Virus record (IMG/VR): IMGVR_UViG_3300023174_005819
Location: 23,240 to 87,239 of that record
DNA length: 64,000 nucleotides
Direction: 5' to 3' (one strand)
Source of the DNA: a virus
The notes below the pieces were generated by a model. It had not been told where the DNA came from, made no database searches, and saw only the letters and a list, made by a program, of their open reading frames with translations. Shown here in pieces: positions 39,960 to 50,400 of the stretch (within the stretch, counting starts at the first letter, position 1; every line of letters begins with the position of its first letter). The translations under genes were made by a program, and so were the position numbers.

Positions 39960-41348
39960 ATGCCAACATCTTCAGAAACATATAATTTAATTGTAAGTGG
40001 AGCAAAAGATATTAATGCAGAGTTAAGTTCTCTTACTCCATCTTCTCCATTACAATTTTATGAAATAGATTTATCAGAAGTTTCTCCTATAACAATAAAT
40101 TTTGATTATAATGGACAACAACCGATGAATCGTGGAATTTTACGTATTTATAATGATTATAATTTATTTAAAATAACATCCGATTCTTATGGAAGAATAA
40201 AATGGCAAAATAATTTTTACTATCCATTTCCTATATTTTCAGAAGGATTTGAATATACTTCAGCAGGAACACTTCCTACTCCAAAAGTTTCTATATCAAA
40301 CCTTTCTCCAGATTATTCTAATAATTCATTTTATAATTATATCAGAATGCAAATGCAGTCTTTGGGTGATATAGTTGGAGCAAAATTTACAAGAATTAAA
40401 ACTTTTTTAAAATATTTAGACGGATCAAATTTTTCTCAAGGTTACAATCCATATATGACAAACTCTGGAATATATGAAATGGAACTTCCAAGAGATATTT
40501 ATTATATAGATAGAAAAACAATAGAAAATAAATCAATAGTAGAATATCAATTAAATACAATTTTAGATTTAGAAAATTTAGTTTTACCAGGAAGAACGAT
40601 TTTAGCCAAAAAATGTCCTTTTCAGTATAGAGGAGAAGGATGTTGTTATGAATATAATAGTAGATTAACATATTTACATAGTGGAATTTATGCTAATATA
40701 CAAAATTCTCCTATAACAGTCAAAGCTCTTCAAACCGCACCACCCGTAGCTAGTGAAAATGATCAATTATTTATTGGCGGAATTTTTGGAACAGGAGTAG
40801 ATGGAACAGCTGTAAATACAGCTACATTTAGAATTACTGGAGCAAATCAAGGAAACAATGGTCCACTTGGCAATTCTGGTTTATGGATAGAAAATGCGCA
40901 ATATGTTTCTGGAGATTTTATTTTTACTCAAAATAAAGGTTTAAAATATTATTACGTTTGTATAAATAATAATACATCAGATATTTTTAATGCTCCACCA
41001 AATAAAAACTATTGGATTGCAGATTCATGTTCTAAAAGTATAAATTCATGTAGATTAAGATGGTTAAAAAATCCAGCATTTAGACCTGTTATTTGGCCCA
41101 TAAACAGAAATGGAGAAAATTTTGAAACTACAAATTTGAGAATCTATAATTTTTATTCTGTAGATAATATTGCTGCGAATTGGCTTACTGGAATCAATGG
41201 AGTCCCAGTATATTTTCCAAGAAGACCTGGAGCAGAAAATCCAATTTCCGAACAAGCGCATGGCATACCTAAAGATGCTAATGGAAATTATTTAAATGGA
41301 TTTTTACCATTTGGAGGATTTCCTGGCACAAATAAACCACAAAATTAA
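39960..41348 (+). CDS. Minor tail protein, lambda gpL-like
   Basis: G.LPTP, R.KTF.KYLD..NF, CPFQYRGEGC.Y, D.CSK...C.LR, PFGGFPG. Confidence 0.88.
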   Translation: MPTSSETYNLIVSGAKDINAELSSLTPSSPLQFYEIDLSEVSPITINFDYNGQQPMNRGILRIYNDYNLFKITSDSYGRIKWQNNFYYPFPIFSEGFEYTSAGTLPTPKVSISNLSPDYSNNSFYNYIRMQMQSLGDIVGAKFTRIKTFLKYLDGSNFSQGYNPYMTNSGIYEMELPRDIYYIDRKTIENKSIVEYQLNTILDLENLVLPGRTILAKKCPFQYRGEGCCYEYNSRLTYLHSGIYANIQNSPITVKALQTAPPVASENDQLFIGGIFGTGVDGTAVNTATFRITGANQGNNGPLGNSGLWIENAQYVSGDFIFTQNKGLKYYYVCINNNTSDIFNAPPNKNYWIADSCSKSINSCRLRWLKNPAFRPVIWPINRNGENFETTNLRIYNFYSVDNIAANWLTGINGVPVYFPRRPGAENPISEQAHGIPKDANGNYLNGFLPFGGFPGTNKPQN

Positions 41349-41349
41349 A

Positions 41350-42054
41350 ATGATTGATAAAAAGATAAAAAATTTTATTAAAAAACAAGCACTAGAAAGT
41401 GCCCCTAATGAATGTTGTGGGTTTATAGTAAAAGAAAATGATTCTTTTAAATGTATCCCTTGTTATAATATAGCAACCGATACAATTAATAATTTTAAAA
41501 TAGGTAGTTTAGAATATTTAAAAATAAAAAACAAATATAAAATATTTTATATTTATCATAGCCATACTAATGAAAATTGCGATTTTTCAGAAATGGATAA
41601 AAATTGTTCAGAAAATTTAAATTTACCAATTATATTATATAATATTGAAAAAAATATATTTAAAGTTTACGAACCAATTTCAGTTGATACCAATTTAATT
41701 GGAAGATTTTATGAATATAAAAAATATGATTGTTTTACTTTAATAAGAGATTTTTATCTTAAAAAAATGAATATAGACTTATCAATTGAATATGAAGATT
41801 TGGATAAAATTAATGTTAAAAAAATGTTTATTGATCATTATAATGATAAAAATTTGATGCTAATTAATAATATAGAAGAATTAAAAGATAATGATATATT
41901 GCTTATTGATGATTTTAAAGAGGCTTGTCATTGTGCAATTTATTTAGGCAATGATAAAATACTTCATCAACCAATGGATACTTTCTCAAAAATTGAAAAT
42001 TATTGTAATTTTTATAGAAGGCGTACAAATTTAATATTTAGGTCAAAAATATGA
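41350..42054 (+). CDS. Tail assembly protein, lambda gpK-like (JAB + NlpC/P60)
   Basis: PNECCG, YHSH...S.MD; YDCFTL.RD.Y, H.AIYLG...ILH; start moved to ATG 41350. Confidence 0.88.
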   Translation: MIDKKIKNFIKKQALESAPNECCGFIVKENDSFKCIPCYNIATDTINNFKIGSLEYLKIKNKYKIFYIYHSHTNENCDFSEMDKNCSENLNLPIILYNIEKNIFKVYEPISVDTNLIGRFYEYKKYDCFTLIRDFYLKKMNIDLSIEYEDLDKINVKKMFIDHYNDKNLMLINNIEELKDNDILLIDDFKEACHCAIYLGNDKILHQPMDTFSKIENYCNFYRRRTNLIFRSKI

Positions 42055-42818
42055 TAAAAGTTAATTTACATGGAAAGCTAGGAAGCGATATTGGAGAGTC
42101 TTGGGATTTAGAGATCTCAAGTGTAGCTGAAGCTTTTAGAGCTATAGAAGCAAATTCAAAACAATTTAGAAAATGGATAATAAATCATTCAGATCGTTAT
42201 GAATATGAAATATTAATAAACAAAAATAATCTTTTTTCAGAAAAACCCAATTTTAAATCTATAGCAGAAATTAAAAATTCAGAATTATTTATTAATTTAG
42301 ATGATAAAATTGAAACAATAGATATTGTTCCTTGTATCGTAGGAGCAGGTGGAGTTGCAAAAACAATAGCTGGAGCTTTCACCCTCGCTGCGGCAGTTGT
42401 AGTTGGCGCATTTTTTCCTCCATTACTTCCTCTTGCAGTTGGAGTAGGTATTGCTGCTTTAGGACTAATTGCTGCGGGTACTAGTGAACTATTATCTAAA
42501 CCACCACCAAATGTACCATTTACAGCGCAACAAGTTAATCCAATTGGAGGAGAAGGTGAAAGCGGTGGGCCAACTTCATATCTTTTTAATGGACCAGTAA
42601 ATACAGTTGGAGAGGGTGGACCAGTTCCAGTAGGTTATGGTAAATTACTTGTTGGGGGAAACAATGTATATGCAAATTATGATATAATTTATAGAGCTTA
42701 TAAAGCTTCTGTTTCACCCACAACCCTCCAAAGCGTAAATCAAGGAGATAATCAATATACATTTAATTCAAAATGTTATTTGATAAGTCAAGATTCTTTG
42801 AGTACTTTACCTTTTTAA
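42051..42818 (+). CDS. Tail assembly protein, lambda gpI-like
   Basis: V.LHGKLG, S.AEA.RA, hydrophobic hairpin, SYLFNG.VNT..EG.PVPVGYG. Confidence 0.88.
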   Translation: MIKVNLHGKLGSDIGESWDLEISSVAEAFRAIEANSKQFRKWIINHSDRYEYEILINKNNLFSEKPNFKSIAEIKNSELFINLDDKIETIDIVPCIVGAGGVAKTIAGAFTLAAAVVVGAFFPPLLPLAVGVGIAALGLIAAGTSELLSKPPPNVPFTAQQVNPIGGEGESGGPTSYLFNGPVNTVGEGGPVPVGYGKLLVGGNNVYANYDIIYRAYKASVSPTTLQSVNQGDNQYTFNSKCYLISQDSLSTLPF

Positions 42819-42822
42819 TTTT

Positions 42823-45800
42823 ATGGGAAATGCATATAAATTTGCCGATGGTTTAGCTTACGTTTTGTTTCCTGGAATGTTAGGATATGGATTTGCTTCT
42901 TATAATTTTCCAGAAAGTACAGCTCAAGATGATGGAGGTGGAGCTGGATCAATTTCTTTATCTTTTAGTGGTTCACAAATACCATATAGTAATTCGAGTA
43001 TTTATAGCGTAGGATATGGTCCTAGCGGTTTTGATGCAGTTTATACTCCTTTAGCTACTTTAACTGGAGATAGTTATACTGATTGGCGATCAAATAGATA
43101 CGTTGACTTTAATATAGATAAAAATGCTCCAAATTTACAAGAAATTTATAATGTAAGTCCAGGTCCAGCTATAGAAGCTAGTTATGGTGATTTAAAAAAT
43201 CAATCCGCATTTAATTCTATTTCTCAAATTAATGTATTAGATTTAATTTCAGAAGGCCCAGTCGAAGGTTTTATTTCTGGAATTTATATTCCAAATTTAA
43301 GTGGAAAAACTACTGGAGATATTGGTTATACAAGTGTGACATTTCAACCTTTTGAACAAACTTATAGTACTCCAGAATCAAGATCAATATATTGGAATGA
43401 TGTTCCAATTACAAATCTTCAAGGTTTTTATAATTTTCAATATGCAGATTATAAATTTTCATATGGGGAAAAAACAAATGACCATACAGTATATAATCCA
43501 TATTTGAATCTTTATGAAGATAGAAGAGATTATTTTGGCAAACAAGTTGATAAAAATAAATATCCAATACAAACATCCACCACAAGAAGTATTGGAGAGC
43601 CTCTATACGGATATTATGTAATTAGTGGTAATAGACAAATTATTACTCCAAAAACATATTACATATATAATACAGAAGTTTCTTCAATAAAAATTAATAT
43701 CAAAATAAATGGATTATATGAACAAATTGTCATTGGGTCAAATGCTGGAGATGTAGAACGCCAAGATCTACAGTTAAGATTTACTATTTTTAGAATTTTA
43801 AATAATGGAGAAATTGTTTTATTAGATACTTCAAAATATCCACCTTTCGAAAAAGCGTATTGGTCAAGTGATGATATTTTACTTAAGGGAAAAATATCTA
43901 ATTCTCCAGTTATTTGCACCTATGAAATTCCATTAAGACCTTATGCAGAAAATAAACCATTTTTCTCTTTATTTCCAAATCAAATTGGTTGGTCAATAGA
44001 AATAACTAAAGTATCTAGAGAATTTACAACTGCAACGCTATCTTCTAGTTGTTCTGTAGATAGCATAACAGAAGTCTATTCCGATAGATTTGTTTATCCA
44101 GATTCAGCTCTAGTTTTTTCAAAATTTGATGCAAGATATTTCAGTGATGTTCCTGCTCGATCTTATTTAATGAGACTTTTAAAAGTTAAAGTTCCAATTA
44201 ATTATGATCCAATTGCAAAAAATTATTCTGGTCCTTGGAATGGAAAATTTAAAGTTGCTTGGACAGATAATCCCGCATGGTGTTTTTACGATTTAATTAC
44301 AAACAATAGATTTGGTTTAGGAAAGTATATAAATGCAGACTTAGCAGACAAATGGAATTTATATGAAATTGGTCAATATTGCGATCAATTAGTAACTGAT
44401 GGTTTTGGCGGACTTGAACCAAGATTTAGATGTAATGTATATCTTTCAACAAAAGAAGAGGCTTATAAAGTATTAAATGATATGGCAAGTATATTTTTAG
44501 CTATAACTTATTATTCTGCTGGACAAATAACTGTAGCTCAAGATTCACCAAAAGAACCAATTTATTTATTCAATAATAGCAATATATTAAATGGTGACTT
44601 TTCTTATTCTGATGCTTCAAAGAAATCAAGAAAAACCGTAGCATTAGTGAGATATAATGATGAAAATGATAATTATAAACCAGGAATTGAATATATTGAA
44701 GATAGAGCTTCGATGGCTAAATTTGGTATTAGAGAAACAGAAATTGTAGCTTTTGGTTGTACAAGTAAAAATCAAGCTAGAAGAGTTGGTAAATGGCTTC
44801 TTACTACTCAAAATAATGAAACTGAACTAGTAGATTTTAAAGTTGGTTTAGAAGGTAATTTTTTAAAACCTGGAGATATCATTTCAATTTATGATCAATA
44901 TAGAAAAAATTCAGCTTATGCAGGAAGAACATTAGAATTAACTACTGGATATGCAATATTAGATCTTCCTTATAATTATAATAATACCTATGCAATTACT
45001 GGTGTTAATGTTAATAATTCTGTTGTATTTAATGTATTAACTCCAACTTATAATTTAAATTTTGGAACACAACTTGGAGATCTTTATGCTACTGGATATT
45101 CAAATGTTACATCTTCTGGAGTTTCTGGATTAAATAGTTCATTTATTAGAAAAAGTCAATTACAATCAATAACTATAAATAATCCATTAAATTATTTAAC
45201 AAGTGGATCTGGAATATATAGTAATAATATAAGACTTAATTTTCCAAGTATTTTATACAATTCTGGATATGTTTTACCTCAAAATACAGTTTGGTCATTA
45301 GATATTAGTACTTCTGGATATTTACCAGCAGGAATGAACACTAGATCACAAATGAATAATCCAACAAATATTGCTTATCCAGGATATTATCTTGAGCCTT
45401 ATTTAAATAAACCCAAAAAATATAGGGTATTAAATGTTACAGAAGATGAACCAACTATATTTTCAATAAATGCTTTAGAGTATAATGATCAAAAATTTAA
45501 AGATATAGATAATATTGCAACATTAGTTAATGTTCCTAATCGCCCAGCTTTACCAACTCAACCAAGTTTAAATTTAAGTGGTTTATTCAGAGATGCAAAT
45601 GGATATTTTTATAGAAATCCGAGTGATCCATTTGAAGGACATTATACAACTAATCAAGGTGGAATTAATAGTGTTATTTATAATATAGTTCCACCAGGAA
45701 CATCTTCTAATACTTTATATTATGTATATGTTAATTCTGGAGTTAATTTTGGAACAAATACTCCAGAATCTAATTTAAAAGACGTATTATCAACCACTAA

Positions 45801-46014
45801 TTTAATAACTGGTATATCTAATTGGTTTGCTCGATCAGAATATAATCCAATATTCCCACCGTTTTTCACTCCTCTTTATACTGGAGATTATTATTTTAGA
45901 ATTTTTGCTGAAAACAGTATAGGAGAAAGATCTCAACCTGCAACTGGTGTCTTTACACTTCAAAACCAAGCTTCTGTATTTAGCGTAACAGCTTCTGGAA
46001 TAAACGTATATTAA
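42823..46014 (+). CDS. Central tail tip / host specificity protein, lambda gpJ-like
   Basis: DLISEGPVEG, YP.SA, VKVP.NYDP, WTDNPAWCFYD, YCDQLV.DG.GG.EPRF, FGCTS..QARR. Confidence 0.92.
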   Translation: MGNAYKFADGLAYVLFPGMLGYGFASYNFPESTAQDDGGGAGSISLSFSGSQIPYSNSSIYSVGYGPSGFDAVYTPLATLTGDSYTDWRSNRYVDFNIDKNAPNLQEIYNVSPGPAIEASYGDLKNQSAFNSISQINVLDLISEGPVEGFISGIYIPNLSGKTTGDIGYTSVTFQPFEQTYSTPESRSIYWNDVPITNLQGFYNFQYADYKFSYGEKTNDHTVYNPYLNLYEDRRDYFGKQVDKNKYPIQTSTTRSIGEPLYGYYVISGNRQIITPKTYYIYNTEVSSIKINIKINGLYEQIVIGSNAGDVERQDLQLRFTIFRILNNGEIVLLDTSKYPPFEKAYWSSDDILLKGKISNSPVICTYEIPLRPYAENKPFFSLFPNQIGWSIEITKVSREFTTATLSSSCSVDSITEVYSDRFVYPDSALVFSKFDARYFSDVPARSYLMRLLKVKVPINYDPIAKNYSGPWNGKFKVAWTDNPAWCFYDLITNNRFGLGKYINADLADKWNLYEIGQYCDQLVTDGFGGLEPRFRCNVYLSTKEEAYKVLNDMASIFLAITYYSAGQITVAQDSPKEPIYLFNNSNILNGDFSYSDASKKSRKTVALVRYNDENDNYKPGIEYIEDRASMAKFGIRETEIVAFGCTSKNQARRVGKWLLTTQNNETELVDFKVGLEGNFLKPGDIISIYDQYRKNSAYAGRTLELTTGYAILDLPYNYNNTYAITGVNVNNSVVFNVLTPTYNLNFGTQLGDLYATGYSNVTSSGVSGLNSSFIRKSQLQSITINNPLNYLTSGSGIYSNNIRLNFPSILYNSGYVLPQNTVWSLDISTSGYLPAGMNTRSQMNNPTNIAYPGYYLEPYLNKPKKYRVLNVTEDEPTIFSINALEYNDQKFKDIDNIATLVNVPNRPALPTQPSLNLSGLFRDANGYFYRNPSDPFEGHYTTNQGGINSVIYNIVPPGTSSNTLYYVYVNSGVNFGTNTPESNLKDVLSTTNLITGISNWFARSEYNPIFPPFFTPLYTGDYYFRIFAENSIGERSQPATGVFTLQNQASVFSVTASGINVY

Positions 46015-46016
46015 TT

Positions 46017-47432
46017 ATGAAAATAAATAATTTAAACTTAACTTTAGAATGGGATACATTAAGAAAAATACCTGAGTATGTTGAGGTTTTTGATGATTTT
46101 CCAAGTTATAATATAGCTGTAAAAGATAAAAATGGAAATATAATACAAAAATATTTCAATATTAAAAACAACGAACCACTTTTAGAAAAAAAATTTAAAG
46201 CAATAAAGGGCATACCTAAAATTAAATATTTCGTTAATTTATCTAAAAATCAAATTAAAAGTAATTTTAAATATAATTTTGAAGATAATTATAATAAATT
46301 TAAAGAATTAAATAATAAACTAGGATTTTTTAAAGAGTTATCATTCTCAATAGATTACAATAATGATGATAAAGAAGATTTTAATGTAAATGTCGAATAT
46401 GAAATTATAGAAGATTTAAATAAAAATATTTTATTTAATAAAGTATACAGAAGTAGTGATTATGTTAGTGCAAAATTATTAATTAATAAAGAATATTTCA
46501 ATCAAAAAAATATTCACTCTTTTTTAATTTTAAGTGAAGTTTCTAATAAGATTTTGAAAAATAAAAAATTAAACAATTTATTCATAGAAAATGTAAAAGA
46601 TAAATGGTTAGACGTAAATGAATCAACAACTTTGCTTACTGTTCCTTTTATAGAAACTGATATTGTAGAAATTTCGGAAAATTTAAATATTAAAATTATT
46701 CCACTTAATTATTTTCAATCTGAATTGTATAATTTTTTAAAAGAAAAAGAATCTCAAGAAGATATTAATAATTTATATGAAGAATATTTTTCTAATCAAA
46801 CATTTAATATTGGTAAGATATACAAGCAATCTGTAAATAATGAAACTGTAATATTTTATCAAAATTACTTATATTTATTCAATAATCAAAGTTTAAATTC
46901 AAATAGCTTAACTTCAGATTTATCAATTAATGATATGGTATTTAATAGTTATTTCCCACTTTTAAATAAAGATCAAACGAATAAAACTATATGCTTATCT
47001 AATGATTTAAATACAGATGATGTACTTGATAATAATTATAACCTACAAAAGGGATATTTAGGCTTTTACGGCAGAGACTCTAGCTCTTATGAAGATGTGG
47101 CAATTGATCTAGATTATCTTCAAAACCAAGGGGTACTTCAAGCCAAAATCATTGAAATCGAAGAAAATAACGATACTTGCAATATTTATATTGAATATAT
47201 AACCACTTTTTATAACAATGAGAAGTTCTATATAGAAACCAGTAATAACCTCAAATATAGCGAAAAATACAAGACAAATATTGATGGCAGGGAGTATATT
47301 ACTTTATTATTTAAATACTCTTATGACTTACAAAATTTAAATGAATATTTAAATGAAAATCCTTCTATAAATAAATCTCAAATAATATCAGATAAAGATT
47401 TGATTAATTTTTCTGTGAAACTTATACTATAA
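46017..47432 (+). CDS. Hypothetical Asn/Lys/Ile-rich protein
   Basis: 471 aa ORF directly after gpJ; no motif recognised. Confidence 0.6.
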   Translation: MKINNLNLTLEWDTLRKIPEYVEVFDDFPSYNIAVKDKNGNIIQKYFNIKNNEPLLEKKFKAIKGIPKIKYFVNLSKNQIKSNFKYNFEDNYNKFKELNNKLGFFKELSFSIDYNNDDKEDFNVNVEYEIIEDLNKNILFNKVYRSSDYVSAKLLINKEYFNQKNIHSFLILSEVSNKILKNKKLNNLFIENVKDKWLDVNESTTLLTVPFIETDIVEISENLNIKIIPLNYFQSELYNFLKEKESQEDINNLYEEYFSNQTFNIGKIYKQSVNNETVIFYQNYLYLFNNQSLNSNSLTSDLSINDMVFNSYFPLLNKDQTNKTICLSNDLNTDDVLDNNYNLQKGYLGFYGRDSSSYEDVAIDLDYLQNQGVLQAKIIEIEENNDTCNIYIEYITTFYNNEKFYIETSNNLKYSEKYKTNIDGREYITLLFKYSYDLQNLNEYLNENPSINKSQIISDKDLINFSVKLIL

Positions 47433-47433
47433 G

Positions 47434-50400
47434 TTATCGTTTTTTGTATACATTAGATCCTAATAATCCGCCTGGTCTTTGCTGCTCTGTAATTGTTCTA
47501 ATAACTTGCTCTTTAACTCTTGCTGCTAATTCTTTTGTTCTTTGGTTCTCTGCTTGTCTGTCTTCATTTGCTGATGTGCTTTCATCCTTATTTTCTGATA
47601 CTATTTTTTCTTGATTTAAGTTAACTGTTACATTGATATTATTAGTTGGAGAATAATTGCTTGAGTTTCCTGTATTATCGTTACCAACTGATCCACCTTC
47701 TGCAAATTTTCTTGCTCTTCCAGAATTGAGATCATCAAAGAATTTTTTACCATACATATTGACCGCTTCTTTTCTCATTACAAATTCACCACCCATTAGA
47801 AGGGCTGGAATATCATCTTTGCCACTTGACCCACCATTTGCAAAACCTCTAATATATCCTCCCATAGCTTTACCTAATTTTAATCTTCCTCCAGAATATG
47901 GAGCAGGTTGAATAGGATTATAAGTAGTGCTACCATAAGCAGATCTTAAATTTACATCATTTACAGCGGTAGCTCTTCTTACCTCTTGAGAGCCCAAGGG
48001 AGATCCAGCGCCAAATATACTTTTAAATCCTCCCATTGAAGAGAATTGACTTGCTCCTGCTCCAAGGAGACCAAGACCAAAACTCATCCATGCGCCTCTA
48101 CTTTTTGCGCTTTTTTGTTGATTATATTCATCTCGAATTTTTTTATTTAGAGCTATATTTTCTTGTAATGCTCTTTCATTATCTGCTCTTACTCCATCTA
48201 CATAATTTAAATAATCGTATAAAGCTTGTTCTCTATCTTGCCTAATTCTATTTTGAGGATTATTTGGATCAGTAACAGCTCGCCCACTTAAATTTGAACT
48301 AAAAAGTTCTTGTCCAGCGGTTGGGTAAAGAGGATCATTATATCTATAAACATTTGTTCCAAGATAAGAAGTTTCTCCACCAGATGCAAATCTTTGAACT
48401 CTTCCACCGTATTTAAAATAATTATCTTCTCTGTCGCTCTGTCTTGCGCGCATGCCTATTCTAGAAGTTGGAGAAGTGTTGGTAGAAACATTTTGATTAC
48501 TTCCTTTACTATTACCTAGATTTATACCAAATACTGGAGCTATATTTTGAAGCATAGAAGGATTGCCTTGACCAAGTCCTGCCATAGCTAAACCCATCGC
48601 TCCTCCCAAAAAGTGTTTTTGAACCTTTCCTTCATTTAACATTTGCAAATATTCTGGACCATATTTTTTAACAGCATTTTTTCTTATTACATATTCTCCA
48701 CCACTTAACATAGCTGGAACATCATCTTTATTTCCTGATCCGCCAAGAACATGTCCTCCTGTAGAATAACCTTTAATAATTCCACCTTTTGATTTGGATA
48801 GACCGCTTAAAAAATCTCCGATTCCACCACCGAGACCGCTAGTACTACCAAAAAGAGAACCAAAAATTTGATTTGTTGCAAATTCTAATGCTAATTGTTG
48901 TATTCTATCACTAATATTATTAGCCATTCTTGTAAATGCATCACTTGCTGTTTCTGTTCCATTCGCAAAAGATAAAAAGGCATTGTTAAATTCGCTTTTT
49001 ATTGTTCGCGCTGTGTCAGAAGCGGTTTGATTTACATCTCTAAATGCATCTTGAGCACCATATGTCATTTCGTCTGTAAAGGAACTAAATGCATCGCCTA
49101 TATTTCCCTGTCCACTTCTTATTCTATCTTCTCTTGCTTTATTTTGTAATTGTTTATATTCATCTGCAAATATAGTTCCTTCTTTGAACGCGGCTACTGC
49201 TTGCAAACTAGTTGCAGCTGCAGATGAAGCATAATTTAATTTAACTATGTTGTCACCAAGTTCTTTTTTAAGTTGAGATTCTTTTTCTGTATAAATATTT
49301 AATACTTCATTTCTAGTAGCAGCATCGCCAATTGATGAACCTAGTTCTACTAAATTTTTACTTGTCATACTAGCTTCCATGCTAGTTTGTTGAATTGCAA
49401 TTTGTAATTCAGCTAATGTCCTATCAGTTAAATTTCCAGTTTCTTCAATTTCTTGTGCAGCTTTTTTATAAGCTTCTCCAAATTTTGTTTCTAATGCGAT
49501 TCTTTTTCTTTTGTCTGTTGTCCCTGTTAATATTCCCTGTAAAGCTGAAAGATTAGTTCCTCTAAGAATCTCATTTTGTTTTAAATTTTGCCCTGGACCG
49601 TTTAAAAAGTCTTCTACTAAAAGACCAAAATCTCCTTTTTGAATAAAATCTGCAGCTTGGCTTCTTACAACTGAATCTGGTGAGAATAATTTTTGGGTTT
49701 GTGCACTTAAATTACTTAAATTTAAAAAAGCTGATTCTTGTCTTTTAAATGCTGCGTCCACTTCACGAGAAGTATTTCTTAAGTTTCCAAAAGCATCTTG
49801 TAATGCCTTTGATTTTTCTGTCAATGATTTATCACTATTTAATACTTTTTCTATAGAGTCTGCTAATTCTAAAGCTTTATCTTTTTCTAATTTTCCAGAA
49901 TCTCCTAATTGAAGGATGAAATCCTTTAATCCTTTCCCAGAATCTTGAATTGCTGTTTGTAAATCTTTTTCATAAGCCTCTTTGCTTGGATTAATTACGG
50001 TCACATTTCCAAGATCATCTACTATTGTTTGTATTTTTTGTGATCCAAATCCAGCAGGAGCTGCTCCAGCGCCACCTACATTAGTAGTATTAAATCCAAA
50101 TATATCATTTTTTGCAAATTCATCTATACTCATAGTAGCTTTATCTGCTGCAATTGATGCTTGCTCTATAGATTTTGCTACTTGATCATTTATTCCATAG
50201 TATTTTTCTGAAGCTATAGTTAATGTATCAAATGATTTCAATAAACCGCTTTGTTGAGATATTAAATCTGCAATATATTCTCCATTTTTTGTTTTTATTG
50301 ATCCTAATTGTCTAAGTGTATCGGTTATATCTAAATTTTTAGCTCCATCTTTAAGTTGTTCATTAGTTGTTTGTATGAATTGATTTACAAAATTATTAGA

